This document shows positions 1 through 8,814 of a DNA stretch of 32,597 nt, piece by piece. Positions within the stretch are counted from its first letter, which is position 1, and each line of letters starts with the position of its first letter. The notes under the pieces were generated by a model, which made no database searches, was not told the DNA's origin, and saw only the letters and a program-made list of their open reading frames with translations. Made by a program: the position numbers and the translations under genes. Source of the stretch: a virus (lineage: Duplodnaviria > Caudoviricetes); the IMG/VR virus record IMGVR_UViG_3300044878_000101, positions 1 through 32,597 of that record. One strand, given 5' to 3'.

Positions 1-70
1 CTTCCGCCATCACAGCCGCCTTTAAAGCACGAAATTAGCGGTCTCTTCCACGTCACCGAGGGTTACTTAA

Positions 71-313
71 ATGTTCAACTCCACAGCGAGAGCGGTTTTC
101 GATGAACGATTGAAAAAGATCCACGCAATGCCCGCCGGCGACCTGGTTGGCAGTGAGTCGGAACTGAATTACCTGACGGGCCTGGTCTCCTACGCGCTTT
201 TTAGCGGGGATATCGGCCATGAAGAGTCAGGCCAGATGATTAGCAGTCTCACGGCGGCCCGAAGCGCTCGCGTCTCCCGCCTTTGTGGAGCCACCGAGAG
301 GATGCACGCATGA
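71..313 (+). CDS. hypothetical phage protein
   Basis: 80-aa ORF; GAGG upstream; ATGA overlap with the next gene. Confidence 0.6.
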   Translation: MFNSTARAVFDERLKKIHAMPAGDLVGSESELNYLTGLVSYALFSGDIGHEESGQMISSLTAARSARVSRLCGATERMHA

Positions 314-504
314 CTACCTCACCAGTTAAATCGCTGATAGACGAACAGCTCGAAGAGATCGAGCGCGGCCTGGCCATCATTGCCCACGGCATCCCGTTCT
401 ACCAGGTGATCGGCAAGTCGCCAGAATTCAAGGTGTGCGACCTCAAGGTTCAGCTCTCGGCAACGCAGAAAGGCAACAGGATTGCCGTGAGAGCACGGCA
501 ATGA
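310..504 (+). CDS. hypothetical phage protein
   Basis: MTTSPVKSLIDEQLEEI...; ATGA overlaps at both ends. Confidence 0.65.
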   Translation: MTTSPVKSLIDEQLEEIERGLAIIAHGIPFYQVIGKSPEFKVCDLKVQLSATQKGNRIAVRARQ

Positions 505-890
505 CGCAGACAGCAGAGGCAAAGCTCGTCGAGCTGGCCAAGGCCTACGCCCGGCACCGTAAAGCGTTGCGCGATAACAGTCAGGCCATTCGCGACGTGC
601 AGGCCGGTACCGATACCTACATAGACATGAAGCCGTATCGACAGGAATACATCGACGGCGAGCGCGAAGCAGCAACCCAGCCGGGGGCGCATGTCGAGTG
701 GTACGGATGGCTCCATGCCGTTGACAGCGTCATCAATAACCGCTGTGACGAGGAAGACCACCCCGAATACCAGCTGTATCGGGATGTCGCCCGCTTGATG
801 GATGAGCGCAAAGAAATAAACGCCCAGGGCGCCCGCATCCGCAACCGCCTGCGCATCATCGGCGACCAGCTGCTGAGGGCTGAGCCATGA
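501..890 (+). CDS. hypothetical phage protein (helical)
   Basis: MTQTAEAKLVELAKAY...; translationally coupled at both ends. Confidence 0.7.
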   Translation: MTQTAEAKLVELAKAYARHRKALRDNSQAIRDVQAGTDTYIDMKPYRQEYIDGEREAATQPGAHVEWYGWLHAVDSVINNRCDEEDHPEYQLYRDVARLMDERKEINAQGARIRNRLRIIGDQLLRAEP

Positions 891-2257
891 GCACCAGCTA
901 CGCAGACAGCGCCCAGGCCCGGGAATGGGATAGGCGATTCGATGCCTACGGACGGCCTAGGCAAGTTTCGGCTGACTTCTTCCACGACTACGAGGCAGCA
1001 GCCGCCCGGAACAGTGAGCGGGAGGCGATCCGACTGGCCGAACGCAAGGCCGCCCAAGTGCGGATCAATGCAGCGGTCGGGCAGATCGGCGACTTCTTTG
1101 GCTTGAATGGAAATGTTTCTAACAGTCCCTTGCACGGGACTTTCAACGTACAAGGGGTGAACATGAACGCAACGACTGAGCTGGCCACCGTGCCGCCAAA
1201 GGAAACCGCGCTGGCCGTGTACAGCGCACCGAACGGCCTTGAGCCGTGGCTGCAAAAGATCCGCGACGAGGTTCTGTCGTTCGTTCCAGACACCAGCACA
1301 GCAAAGGGCCGAGCCGCCATCGCCTCGATTGCCCACAAAGTAGCTAAGTCGAAAGTGGCCTTGGACGACGCCGGCAAAAAGCTGGTGGCCGAACTGAAGG
1401 AAGTCCCGAAGCTGATCGACGCCGAGCGCAAGCGGATGCGCGAAACCCTGGAAGCGCTTCAGGATCAGGTCCGCCGCCCGCTGAATGAGTGGGAGGAAAA
1501 AGAGGCGGCCCGGGTAGCTGCGCACAAGGCCGTGATCGCGCATATAGAAAACACCGACACCGCCGGCATGAGCGCGGCACTGATCGGCGCCAAGGTGCAG
1601 GACCTGGACAGCCTGGAGATCAACCAGGAGCTGGAAGAGTTCGAGGCCGACGCGCACCGGGCAAAGGCTGCCTCTCTGGTGGTCCTGCGCAAGGCCCTGG
1701 CCGACCAGGAACAGTACGAGGCGGAACAGGCCGAACTGGCCAGGCTGCGCGCCGAGGCTGAAGTCCGCGAGCAGAAAGAGCGCGAGGATCGTATCGCCCG
1801 GGAGGCTGCCGAGAAGGCACGCATCGAGGCGGAACAGAAGGCGCAACGCGAGCGGGAGGCAGAAGCGCAGCGGGTGAAGGACGAGCAGGCGGCAGCGGCC
1901 AAGCGCGAGAGCGACCTGAAGCTGCAGGTCGAGCAGGCAGAGCGCGATAAAGCCAAGGCAGAAGCCGATCGTATTTGGGCTGAAGAACAGGCCGAGCAAG
2001 CGAAACATCAGGCAGAAAAGCGCGCATCGATCGCGGCCTCTGAAGCCCGCGCCGCCGAGAAGAAGCGCGCAGACGATGCCGCTGCCGAGATCATACGCCA
2101 GCAGCAAGAGCGCGAGGCCGACAAGGCGCACAAGTCGAAAATCATGGGCGAAGCGAAGCTGGCGATCATGTCGATGAACGTCACCGAGGAACTGGCAAAG
2201 GCTCTCGTTCTGAAAATCTACCGCGGTGAAGTGCCGAACATTTCCATCAACTTCTGA
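887..2257 (+). CDS. phage coiled-coil (E/A/K/R-rich, TolA-like low-complexity) protein; likely internal start at 1163
   Basis: Region from MNATTELATVPP with KGRAAIASIAHKVAKSK motif and long EAER/EQKA coiled coil, typical of early regions upstream of phage recombinases; AGGGG before ATG 1163. Confidence 0.7.
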   Translation: MSTSYADSAQAREWDRRFDAYGRPRQVSADFFHDYEAAAARNSEREAIRLAERKAAQVRINAAVGQIGDFFGLNGNVSNSPLHGTFNVQGVNMNATTELATVPPKETALAVYSAPNGLEPWLQKIRDEVLSFVPDTSTAKGRAAIASIAHKVAKSKVALDDAGKKLVAELKEVPKLIDAERKRMRETLEALQDQVRRPLNEWEEKEAARVAAHKAVIAHIENTDTAGMSAALIGAKVQDLDSLEINQELEEFEADAHRAKAASLVVLRKALADQEQYEAEQAELARLRAEAEVREQKEREDRIAREAAEKARIEAEQKAQREREAEAQRVKDEQAAAAKRESDLKLQVEQAERDKAKAEADRIWAEEQAEQAKHQAEKRASIAASEARAAEKKRADDAAAEIIRQQQEREADKAHKSKIMGEAKLAIMSMNVTEELAKALVLKIYRGEVPNISINF

Positions 2258-2264
2258 GGCTCGC

Positions 2265-2408
2265 ATGAGCACACCACGACTGACCGCCCAGCTCGACTGG
2301 ATGACGGTAGGCGCGTTCGAACCTGAGCAGTTCCATGGCGATGAACGCAAAGAGTACGAAGACGAGGCGCTCAAGATTGAACGCCAGTGGGACAACCAAC
2401 CGATTTGA
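2265..2408 (+). CDS. small hypothetical phage protein
   Basis: GAGG RBS; 47-aa ORF between the coiled-coil gene and ERF. Confidence 0.6.
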   Translation: MSTPRLTAQLDWMTVGAFEPEQFHGDERKEYEDEALKIERQWDNQPI

Positions 2409-2416
2409 GGTGCGCC

Positions 2417-3007
2417 ATGAGCGTATACAAAAAGCTTCAGGAAGCACGTTGCGAGATGCAGCGAATGACCCTCCGCAAGACCGGCGAAAACAAGTTCGCA
2501 GGCTATAGCTACTTCGAGCTTGGCGACTTCCTTCCGGCAATCAATGACCTATTCAAAGAGAAGGGTCTGTGCGGGATCGTCTCGTTCGGGGTCGAGCTTG
2601 CCACCCTGAAGGTCGTGGACGTTGACGACGGGTCATCCGTCGAGTTCACCAGCCCGATGGGCAGCGCGGCGCTCAAGGGCTGCCACGAAGTCCAGAACAT
2701 CGGCGCAGTTGAGACCTACCAGCGCCGCTACCTGTACGTGACCGCCCTGGAAATCGTCGAGCACGACGCCCTAGACGCAACAACTGGCAACCAGCAGCCG
2801 TCCCGGCAGCAATCGACGAACCAGTACGACTGGACGGCCATGATCGCCGATATCGCCAAGGCGCCGGACATGGCAGCGCTGAAAAAGGCATTCGACACCG
2901 GCCTGGCTGCTGCGAAGGACGCGAACAACAAGAAAATGGGCGAGAACTTCGCCAAGGCCAAAGACAAGCGCAAGGCTGAGCTGGCACCACAGAGCCAAGC
3001 GGCATAA
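2417..3007 (+). CDS. erf: ERF-family single-strand annealing protein
   Basis: N-terminal KTGENKFAGYSYFELGD and GAVETYQRRY (ERF G-x3-TY-x-RRY motif); adjacent to SSB. Confidence 0.85.
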   Translation: MSVYKKLQEARCEMQRMTLRKTGENKFAGYSYFELGDFLPAINDLFKEKGLCGIVSFGVELATLKVVDVDDGSSVEFTSPMGSAALKGCHEVQNIGAVETYQRRYLYVTALEIVEHDALDATTGNQQPSRQQSTNQYDWTAMIADIAKAPDMAALKKAFDTGLAAAKDANNKKMGENFAKAKDKRKAELAPQSQAA

Positions 3008-3056
3008 CCAATCAAGCCCTGGCAGACGCCGGGGCATCCAATCGAGGTAGAGAAAC

Positions 3057-3509
3057 ATGGCACGCGGAGTTAACAAAGTCATCCTTGTGGGCACATGCGG
3101 GCAGGACCCGGATGTTCGTTACATGCCAAACGGTAACGCAGTAACCAATCTGAGCTTGGCCACCAGCGAGCAATGGACCGACAAGCAAACCGGTCAGAAG
3201 GTCGAAAAGACGGAATGGCACCGCGTGTCACTGTTCGGCAAAGTCGCCGAGATCGCCGGCGAGTACCTGCGCAAAGGTTCGCAGGTGTACATCGAGGGCA
3301 AGCTGCAGACGCGGGAATGGGAAAAGGACGGCGTCAAGCGTTACACCACGGAAATCATCGTGGACATGCAGGGCACCATGCAGTTGCTCGGCGGAAAGCC
3401 TCAAGAAGGCGATCAGCAGCAATCGACACCGCGCCAGCAATCGCAACGGCAGCCGGCGCCACAGCCGCAGCCAGATGACTCGCAATATGATCCCGATATC
3501 CCGTTCTGA
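3057..3509 (+). CDS. ssb: single-stranded DNA-binding protein
   Basis: [12 protein letters not shown]...TEWHRV...[12 protein letters not shown]; acidic C-terminal DPDIPF. Confidence 0.97.
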   Translation: MARGVNKVILVGTCGQDPDVRYMPNGNAVTNLSLATSEQWTDKQTGQKVEKTEWHRVSLFGKVAEIAGEYLRKGSQVYIEGKLQTREWEKDGVKRYTTEIIVDMQGTMQLLGGKPQEGDQQQSTPRQQSQRQPAPQPQPDDSQYDPDIPF

Positions 3510-3588
3510 TTCGAACTGATCCAGCCTGAAATCAAGCCGATGCCGACATCCCGGCATCGGTAAACCAGCAGCTATACAGGGGTAACAC

Positions 3589-4263
3589 ATGACAGCAATT
3601 ATCTTCGATTCGGAGACTACCGGCCTGAAAGACCCGCAGATGGTCGAAGGCGCCTATCTCAAACTCGGCAGCATCCAGTTCCTGGACGTCACCGAAGAAT
3701 TCCTGCAGCGCTACAAGCCGTCGAAGCCGATCGAGCTGGGCGCGCTGGCCACCAGCCACATCTACGACGAAGAGCTGGTCGACTGCCCGCCGCACACGGA
3801 CTTCGCGCTGCCTGCCGGCACCACCTACATCATCGGCCATAACGTCGACTATGACTGGGACGTGATCGGCAAGCCGGACGTGAAGCGGATCTGCACCCAG
3901 GCGCTTAGCCGTGCGCTCTGGCCGGACGCTGACTCGCACAGCCAGTCGGCGATGATCTACCTGCACTACCGGGAGTATGCACGCGGGCTCTTGCAGAACG
4001 CTCACGCCGCGCTCGACGACGTACTCAACTGCCGCCGTCTACTGGTCAAGATCCTGGAAGAGATCGCCTTGCGCAACGGCGCAGCGGTTTTCAGCTTTGA
4101 AGACCTCTGGATGATCTCGGAAGAGGCGCGCATTCCGACCGTGATCCGCTTCGGCAAGCACGCCGGATCGAAAATCGCCGACATCCCGGCCGACTACAAG
4201 CGCTGGCTGCTCGGCCAGGCCGACGTTGATCCGTACCTGCGCAAGGCCTTGCTGGCCAAATAA
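3589..4263 (+). CDS. DEDDh 3'-5' exonuclease, exodeoxyribonuclease X-like
   Basis: DSETTG, GHNVDYD and AHAALDD motifs; C-terminal FGKHAGSKIADIPADYKRWLL as in ExoX. Confidence 0.88.
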   Translation: MTAIIFDSETTGLKDPQMVEGAYLKLGSIQFLDVTEEFLQRYKPSKPIELGALATSHIYDEELVDCPPHTDFALPAGTTYIIGHNVDYDWDVIGKPDVKRICTQALSRALWPDADSHSQSAMIYLHYREYARGLLQNAHAALDDVLNCRRLLVKILEEIALRNGAAVFSFEDLWMISEEARIPTVIRFGKHAGSKIADIPADYKRWLLGQADVDPYLRKALLAK

Positions 4264-4280
4264 CCGACCAAGTAACCGAC

Positions 4281-4309
4281 AAAGGGCGCCAATGAGCGCC
4301 CTTTCTTTT
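4281..4309 (+). terminator. intrinsic terminator
   Basis: AAAGGGCGC-caatga-GCGCCCTTT stem followed by CTTTT. Confidence 0.7.
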
Positions 4310-4318
4310 GGGTGCCAA

Positions 4319-4813
4319 ATGAACCAATACAACGACCTACGAGTGATGGACCGATCAGCACTGGCCGCTGCACAAGAAGCGTTCCTACGCTCCGGCGGCA
4401 AGATCGACGTTCTGCAAACCTTCGAATTCAAACCGCTACCCCCGCGAATCGAGCCCCAGCCAACGCCGGAAGAGCTCGAATTGCGCCGGCTGGCTGACCA
4501 GATCCTGGAGCTAAGCCCGGACATGAACAAGGAGAAGGTGGCCAAGAAACTTGGCATCGGGTACGACCGAATGACCAAGATCTGCAAGATGTTCGGCATC
4601 GACCTGCTCCAGTTCAAGCAGAAGCGAACGGCCAACGCCAGCTCCTACGCCACCTCGCCAGAAGAGGATTCGGTGCTCGTCGTAAGGCTCAAGGCGCTTG
4701 CCGAAGTTGGTGTGACACGAAGGGATGCGGCCGCCCATGTGCGCATCGGCTACAGCCGGTTGAGCCGACTGATCAGCGAGCACGGCATCGACTTCAAGGC
4801 CTACAAGCGGTGA
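4319..4813 (+). CDS. hypothetical protein with two HTH-like repeats
   Basis: EAFLRSGGKIDV N-terminal motif; KEKVAKKLGIGYDRMTKICKMFGI and RRDAAAHVRIGYSRLSRLISEHGI. Confidence 0.65.
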   Translation: MNQYNDLRVMDRSALAAAQEAFLRSGGKIDVLQTFEFKPLPPRIEPQPTPEELELRRLADQILELSPDMNKEKVAKKLGIGYDRMTKICKMFGIDLLQFKQKRTANASSYATSPEEDSVLVVRLKALAEVGVTRRDAAAHVRIGYSRLSRLISEHGIDFKAYKR

Positions 4814-4885
4814 GAGCGATCCGATCCAGGGTGCGCCATCGTGCGCGCCAACCTCAGCACAATCTACCTGCCAGCGGTATCACCC

Positions 4886-5104
4886 ATGACTATGCCCACA
4901 AGCCACCAGTTAACGATGTTGGGCGCGATCCTGATCATGCTGCTCGCCTACCGGATTCACGGGACCGACTCGGCCATCAGGGCTTCAGCCTACTCAGTTC
5001 GCGATAAGGTCCAAATCGCCTGCCGTCCAGTCATCAACAAGGTTATTCGATGCTCGTCGCAGATCAAGTGGGCAGAGGCCATCTGCCGGGACGACGACTT
5101 ATGA
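4886..5104 (+). CDS. hypothetical phage protein
   Basis: MTMPTSHQLTMLGAILIMLL...; ATGA overlap with the next gene. Confidence 0.5.
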   Translation: MTMPTSHQLTMLGAILIMLLAYRIHGTDSAIRASAYSVRDKVQIACRPVINKVIRCSSQIKWAEAICRDDDL

Positions 5105-5304
5105 GCCGGATAACCAGGGCGCCCACCGGACATAGAGCCGGCGTATCGCATCACCGGTCGAGGCTAACCAGTGACCAGGTGGCCGAAATGCGCGCCATCT
5201 ACGAAACCGGCGGCAAGGGCTACGGCTTCTTGGCCGAGGTTTACAAGTGCGGAGCATCGACAGTCCGCGACATCGTGCAATACCGCACGCGCTTTGCAGG
5301 ATAA
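5101..5304 (+). CDS. small HTH DNA-binding protein
   Basis: HHRSRLTSDQVAEMRAIY...LAEVYKCGASTVRDIV resembles the HTH found at the C-terminus of phage HNH proteins. Confidence 0.6.
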   Translation: MSRITRAPTGHRAGVSHHRSRLTSDQVAEMRAIYETGGKGYGFLAEVYKCGASTVRDIVQYRTRFAG

Positions 5305-5315
5305 GGAATAGGGAT

Positions 5316-5708
5316 ATGGCGAAGACGACGAAGGAGCGGTCAGAGAAGGCCGCAGCGAAGCGGGAAAAGGTCGGAGAGAAAGAACTGAGGCACAAGGTCC
5401 GCCCCGGCATTCATCAGGCGATGGACCGCATCCGGACGCGATCAGGCACCGAAGAAATCAGCGAAGTCCTGCAGCTGGCCATCCTCAAGATGGACGCAAT
5501 GACTGACGCCGAATTGATTGAGTTCCTGACTCCGTCGCGCCACGAAATCACGATCAGCAAAACGTTGCGCGAGCGATTCGACAACGAGTCGCGACGTGAA
5601 GCCGGTCATCACGGTGATGACAGTGAGTACGAAGTAGTCGAACCAGACCGCCTGCCGCACGGCCCGGACGAATGCGCCAAGGCCCAGCTAGACATCCTCA
5701 GCCAGTGA
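5316..5708 (+). CDS. hypothetical phage protein
   Basis: MAKTTKERSEKAAAKR...; AAGGA/GGGA upstream. Confidence 0.7.
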   Translation: MAKTTKERSEKAAAKREKVGEKELRHKVRPGIHQAMDRIRTRSGTEEISEVLQLAILKMDAMTDAELIEFLTPSRHEITISKTLRERFDNESRREAGHHGDDSEYEVVEPDRLPHGPDECAKAQLDILSQ

Positions 5709-5724
5709 CCCAGGAGTAACCCGC

Positions 5725-5880
5725 ATGGAAACGATCTACACCTACCGCCCGACCGGGCGCACGTACTCGCTGGCTCGCACTTCGGACCAGTTCGCGATCC
5801 TGCATCACCTGACGGGCGGGGCGAAGTTTGTTCGCCGCGGTGACCTGGTAGACGGCAGCGTTTGGAGTGTGAAGGCATGA
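5725..5880 (+). CDS. small hypothetical protein (51 aa, not in ORF track)
   Basis: AGGAG RBS; METIYTYRPTGRTYSL...VWSVKA*; ATGA overlap with the 5877 start. Confidence 0.6.
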   Translation: METIYTYRPTGRTYSLARTSDQFAILHHLTGGAKFVRRGDLVDGSVWSVKA

Positions 5881-7550
5881 ATGCGCCAGCGAAGACTTTG
5901 CACGGAGAGATTGTTGAGGATGTGAGCGAGTTTTTCGCGCCCATGTCGAGCGATCTGGTTGATAGTCTTGTCGGCGAGTACGATGCCGCCCGCAAGCGCC
6001 TGGAAAACATGGCGGCATCGGTGTCCGGTGATGCCTGCCGCGGAGTGCTGCACTACTTTGTCGAGGGCAACGTCGGTGAAAGCCGTCACAGCATGCCTAC
6101 CACTGTCGAGGCGCTGTTTCGTGTCGAGGGCGCAGTCGGCCAGCTCAATGCGGACTTCTGGAATCGCGCGCTGCGCATGACCGACGTAATCGACTATATG
6201 CCTCAGAAGCGCCGGCAGGAGTGGTTCGACCAGATGAAGAACCCCTTGGGCCGAAAGAACAACAAGCACACGCAAGAAGGCGATTTGCCGCCGCTTCCCG
6301 ACTTCACCGATGAGAGCGTGCGCGCAACGCTGTCCGGCCTGCTGTCGAGCCGGGCGCAGTTCCTGGCCGAGCGGGTAGACGGAATCTTTCGCGCCCTGAG
6401 TCGCCAGCATGTGACAAACGTTCCGCAGGGCTTCGGCAAGCGGATGATTATTGCCAACGTGTTTGGATACGAGACCTCTGGACACATCAACGACCTGCGA
6501 TGCGTGATCGCCAAGTTCATGGGGCGAGATGAGCCGAAGCATGGTGTCACCGACCCGGTGATCAAGGCCGCCCGCCGTCAGAACGGCGAGTGGATGTCCG
6601 TGGATGGTGGGTCGCTTCGCATCCGTGTTTATGGTGGCGTTGGCACTGCCCACCTGGAGGTTCATCCAGAGATGGCCTGGCGACTCAACGCCACGTTGGC
6701 AAACCTTTACCCCGCTGCAATCCCTGCTGAGTTCCGAGAGAAACCGAAGCGCGCGAAGAAGATCAAGGATTTTGTCCTGTTCGACAAACCGCTACCGTTC
6801 GCTGTTGTTGCCCAGCTGGCTGACATGAAATCTGGATGGCGAGGCGTGAAGGATGGCTGGCAAGTTGGCCGCGCAAACATCCCAAATACCCGCGTTTTCG
6901 GTTACGGCACATACGACAAGGCATCACGCCAGCAGGCTGAAAAGGCGCTTGAGGCGATTGGTGGCGTATGGGTGAAGGGCGAAAAAGGCGAGCTTGGCTC
7001 ATGTGACCACTGGGCCTTTGATTACGAGCCAGGCCCTGTAATTGATCAGGTCGTCTGCTCCGGCTGCATTCCCGATCAGAAGTCGCACCAGTTCTACCCG
7101 ACGCCGGATGTCGTGGCCAATGCAGCAATCGAGAGCGCCATGGTTGGAGCGGCGGACGGCATGAAGTGGCTTGAGCCGAGCGCCGGCCAAGGTGGCTTGG
7201 CTGATTTAATGCCAAACCCGGTATGCGTGGAGATCAGCGCCTTGCACTGCGAGATCCTCAAGGCGAAGGGGCATTATGTCGAGCAGGCCGACTTCCTTAA
7301 GTGGCAGATCACTGGTCGCTATGACCGAATAGTGATGAACCCGCCGTACAGCGAAGGACGCTGGCAAGCGCATATCGAGCACGCGGCATCGATGCTCAAG
7401 CTCGGCGGACGCTTGGTAGCCATTTTGCCCGCAAGCGCAAAGGGAAAAGAAGTCCTGCCAGGCCTGAAGCATGAGTGGTCGCAGGTCTACGACAACGAAT
7501 TTGCCGGGACTAGCGTTTCGGTTGTGATCCTTTCTGCCAGCATGGAGTGA
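5877..7550 (+). CDS. DUF4942-like protein with C-terminal SAM-dependent amino-methyltransferase domain
   Basis: QFYPTP, LEPSAGQGG (motif I) and IVMNPPY (motif IV); long N-terminal region with HVTN-x-P-x-GFGKRMI and GTAHLEVHPEMAWRLN motifs. Confidence 0.8.
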   Translation: MNAPAKTLHGEIVEDVSEFFAPMSSDLVDSLVGEYDAARKRLENMAASVSGDACRGVLHYFVEGNVGESRHSMPTTVEALFRVEGAVGQLNADFWNRALRMTDVIDYMPQKRRQEWFDQMKNPLGRKNNKHTQEGDLPPLPDFTDESVRATLSGLLSSRAQFLAERVDGIFRALSRQHVTNVPQGFGKRMIIANVFGYETSGHINDLRCVIAKFMGRDEPKHGVTDPVIKAARRQNGEWMSVDGGSLRIRVYGGVGTAHLEVHPEMAWRLNATLANLYPAAIPAEFREKPKRAKKIKDFVLFDKPLPFAVVAQLADMKSGWRGVKDGWQVGRANIPNTRVFGYGTYDKASRQQAEKALEAIGGVWVKGEKGELGSCDHWAFDYEPGPVIDQVVCSGCIPDQKSHQFYPTPDVVANAAIESAMVGAADGMKWLEPSAGQGGLADLMPNPVCVEISALHCEILKAKGHYVEQADFLKWQITGRYDRIVMNPPYSEGRWQAHIEHAASMLKLGGRLVAILPASAKGKEVLPGLKHEWSQVYDNEFAGTSVSVVILSASME

Positions 7551-7556
7551 TGCAGC

Positions 7557-7742
7557 ATGACCGAGAAACTGACCGTCCACGAATGGGAAGCCGTGCTGCG
7601 AGGCACGCCAGCCGCCGACATGCGCCCAGGCGAGACAATCGCCCGTTACATCCACCGCAAGGTTGAGGCGCTGACCAGTGAGCGCGACCGACTGAAGCGG
7701 GACTATAACGGCCTGCTCGAAGATTGCGCGGGGCTTCTGTGA
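7557..7742 (+). CDS. hypothetical phage protein
   Basis: GGAG RBS; 61 aa; short coiled coil LTSERDRLKR. Confidence 0.6.
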   Translation: MTEKLTVHEWEAVLRGTPAADMRPGETIARYIHRKVEALTSERDRLKRDYNGLLEDCAGLL

Positions 7743-7978
7743 TGCCAAGGAAGAAGCCGTGGATAGATCGGCGATGCTGTGACTGGGACACTTTCCTGTC
7801 CGGCGTGATGGGCGCGGCGAATCGGCTCAAGTTCCCGCTGATCCTGGTCAACTGGTGCGAGGCGCGCAGCCACTGGCGGCGATACAGCTGCACAGGCGCA
7901 GACGTGGTCAAGATGCAGCGCGCTCGCGAAATCAATTCGGCGATCTACCTGTACAGCTCGCCTAAAAATCGCCGATAG
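7742..7978 (+). CDS. hypothetical phage protein
   Basis: TGATG overlap; MPRKKPWIDRRCCDW... Confidence 0.5.
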   Translation: MPRKKPWIDRRCCDWDTFLSGVMGAANRLKFPLILVNWCEARSHWRRYSCTGADVVKMQRAREINSAIYLYSSPKNRR

Positions 7979-8041
7979 AGGCGTCACCTAACCCCTACCC
8001 CACACAAGAGCCTGCCGGTGACCGGCGAGCGAGGAATTATC

Positions 8042-8740
8042 ATGTCTGAAATAAATGAACTTGTGAGCAATGCATCTCATCGCTTCGATAACGCCAAGCG
8101 CAGACGCCCTGATCATCATGCGCGCCAGGCGATGCTTACTCCTGCCTACGCACTTGAGCCTATTCGTTCCGTTTTGGGAGGTATAGGGCTAGACCCTTGC
8201 ACTGAGCCTGACAATCCGACCGGAGCAGACAGCTATTTTCATTTGCCTGAAGATGGCTGCGCCAAGGAGTGGATAGGGCATTCGGTATTTTGCAATCCGC
8301 CATATGGAGAAGCCAGGGACAGATGGGTAAATAAGTGCATCGAGGTCGGAAAAGAGAAGCCTGTTGTTTTGCTGATACCTTCTCACACCGATACGCGCAC
8401 CCTCCAGCGAGCCCTAAGCGCCTGCGACAGCGCATTGTTTTTCAAGGGTCGGCTGAAGTTTGGAGTTCTGCGTGAGAATGGACGCCAAGAAGCTGCTAGC
8501 CACGGAAGTGTTGCGCTTGGATTTGGGGTTGATCTTTCCCCTCTTTCCGATCTAGGGAAGGTTTTTGTTAACGGAACCGCGTCCGCGCAAAGCTGGAAAG
8601 CATGTTACGAGGAGTCTTCCGATAAGCACTCAATGGCCTACTCCGAAGCGTCCTTACTTGCCGAGGAGGTAGATCGACTTTCCGCCGAAAACGATCAGTT
8701 GCGCCGGTTGATCTCCGCTACATCTCAAGAACCCGCCTAA
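8042..8740 (+). CDS. phage DNA N6-adenine methyltransferase (phage Dam-like family)
   Basis: LDPC, VFCNPPYG, VVLLIPSHTDT and FFKGRLKF motifs; GAGG RBS; visibly more AT-rich than its flanks. Confidence 0.8.
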   Translation: MSEINELVSNASHRFDNAKRRRPDHHARQAMLTPAYALEPIRSVLGGIGLDPCTEPDNPTGADSYFHLPEDGCAKEWIGHSVFCNPPYGEARDRWVNKCIEVGKEKPVVLLIPSHTDTRTLQRALSACDSALFFKGRLKFGVLRENGRQEAASHGSVALGFGVDLSPLSDLGKVFVNGTASAQSWKACYEESSDKHSMAYSEASLLAEEVDRLSAENDQLRRLISATSQEPA

Positions 8741-8814
8741 ACCACCTTCTGCCGCCCAGCGCGGCACAGGTCTAAACTGTCGGCCAACTAAACGAATATC
8801 GTCAGGGGTGGCGT

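Noticed and set aside
617-2395. 592-aa ORF on the - strand
   Set aside because: Antisense shadow of coupled + strand genes in high-GC, low-complexity coding DNA; no recognisable motifs
4261-4280. TAACCGAC direct repeat before the terminator
   Set aside because: Only two 8-bp copies and no other occurrence noticed; probably a local duplication
4810-5007. 65-aa GTG-start ORF
   Set aside because: Overlaps the better-coupled 4886-5104 ORF in another frame; it may be a short linker peptide but is unsupported
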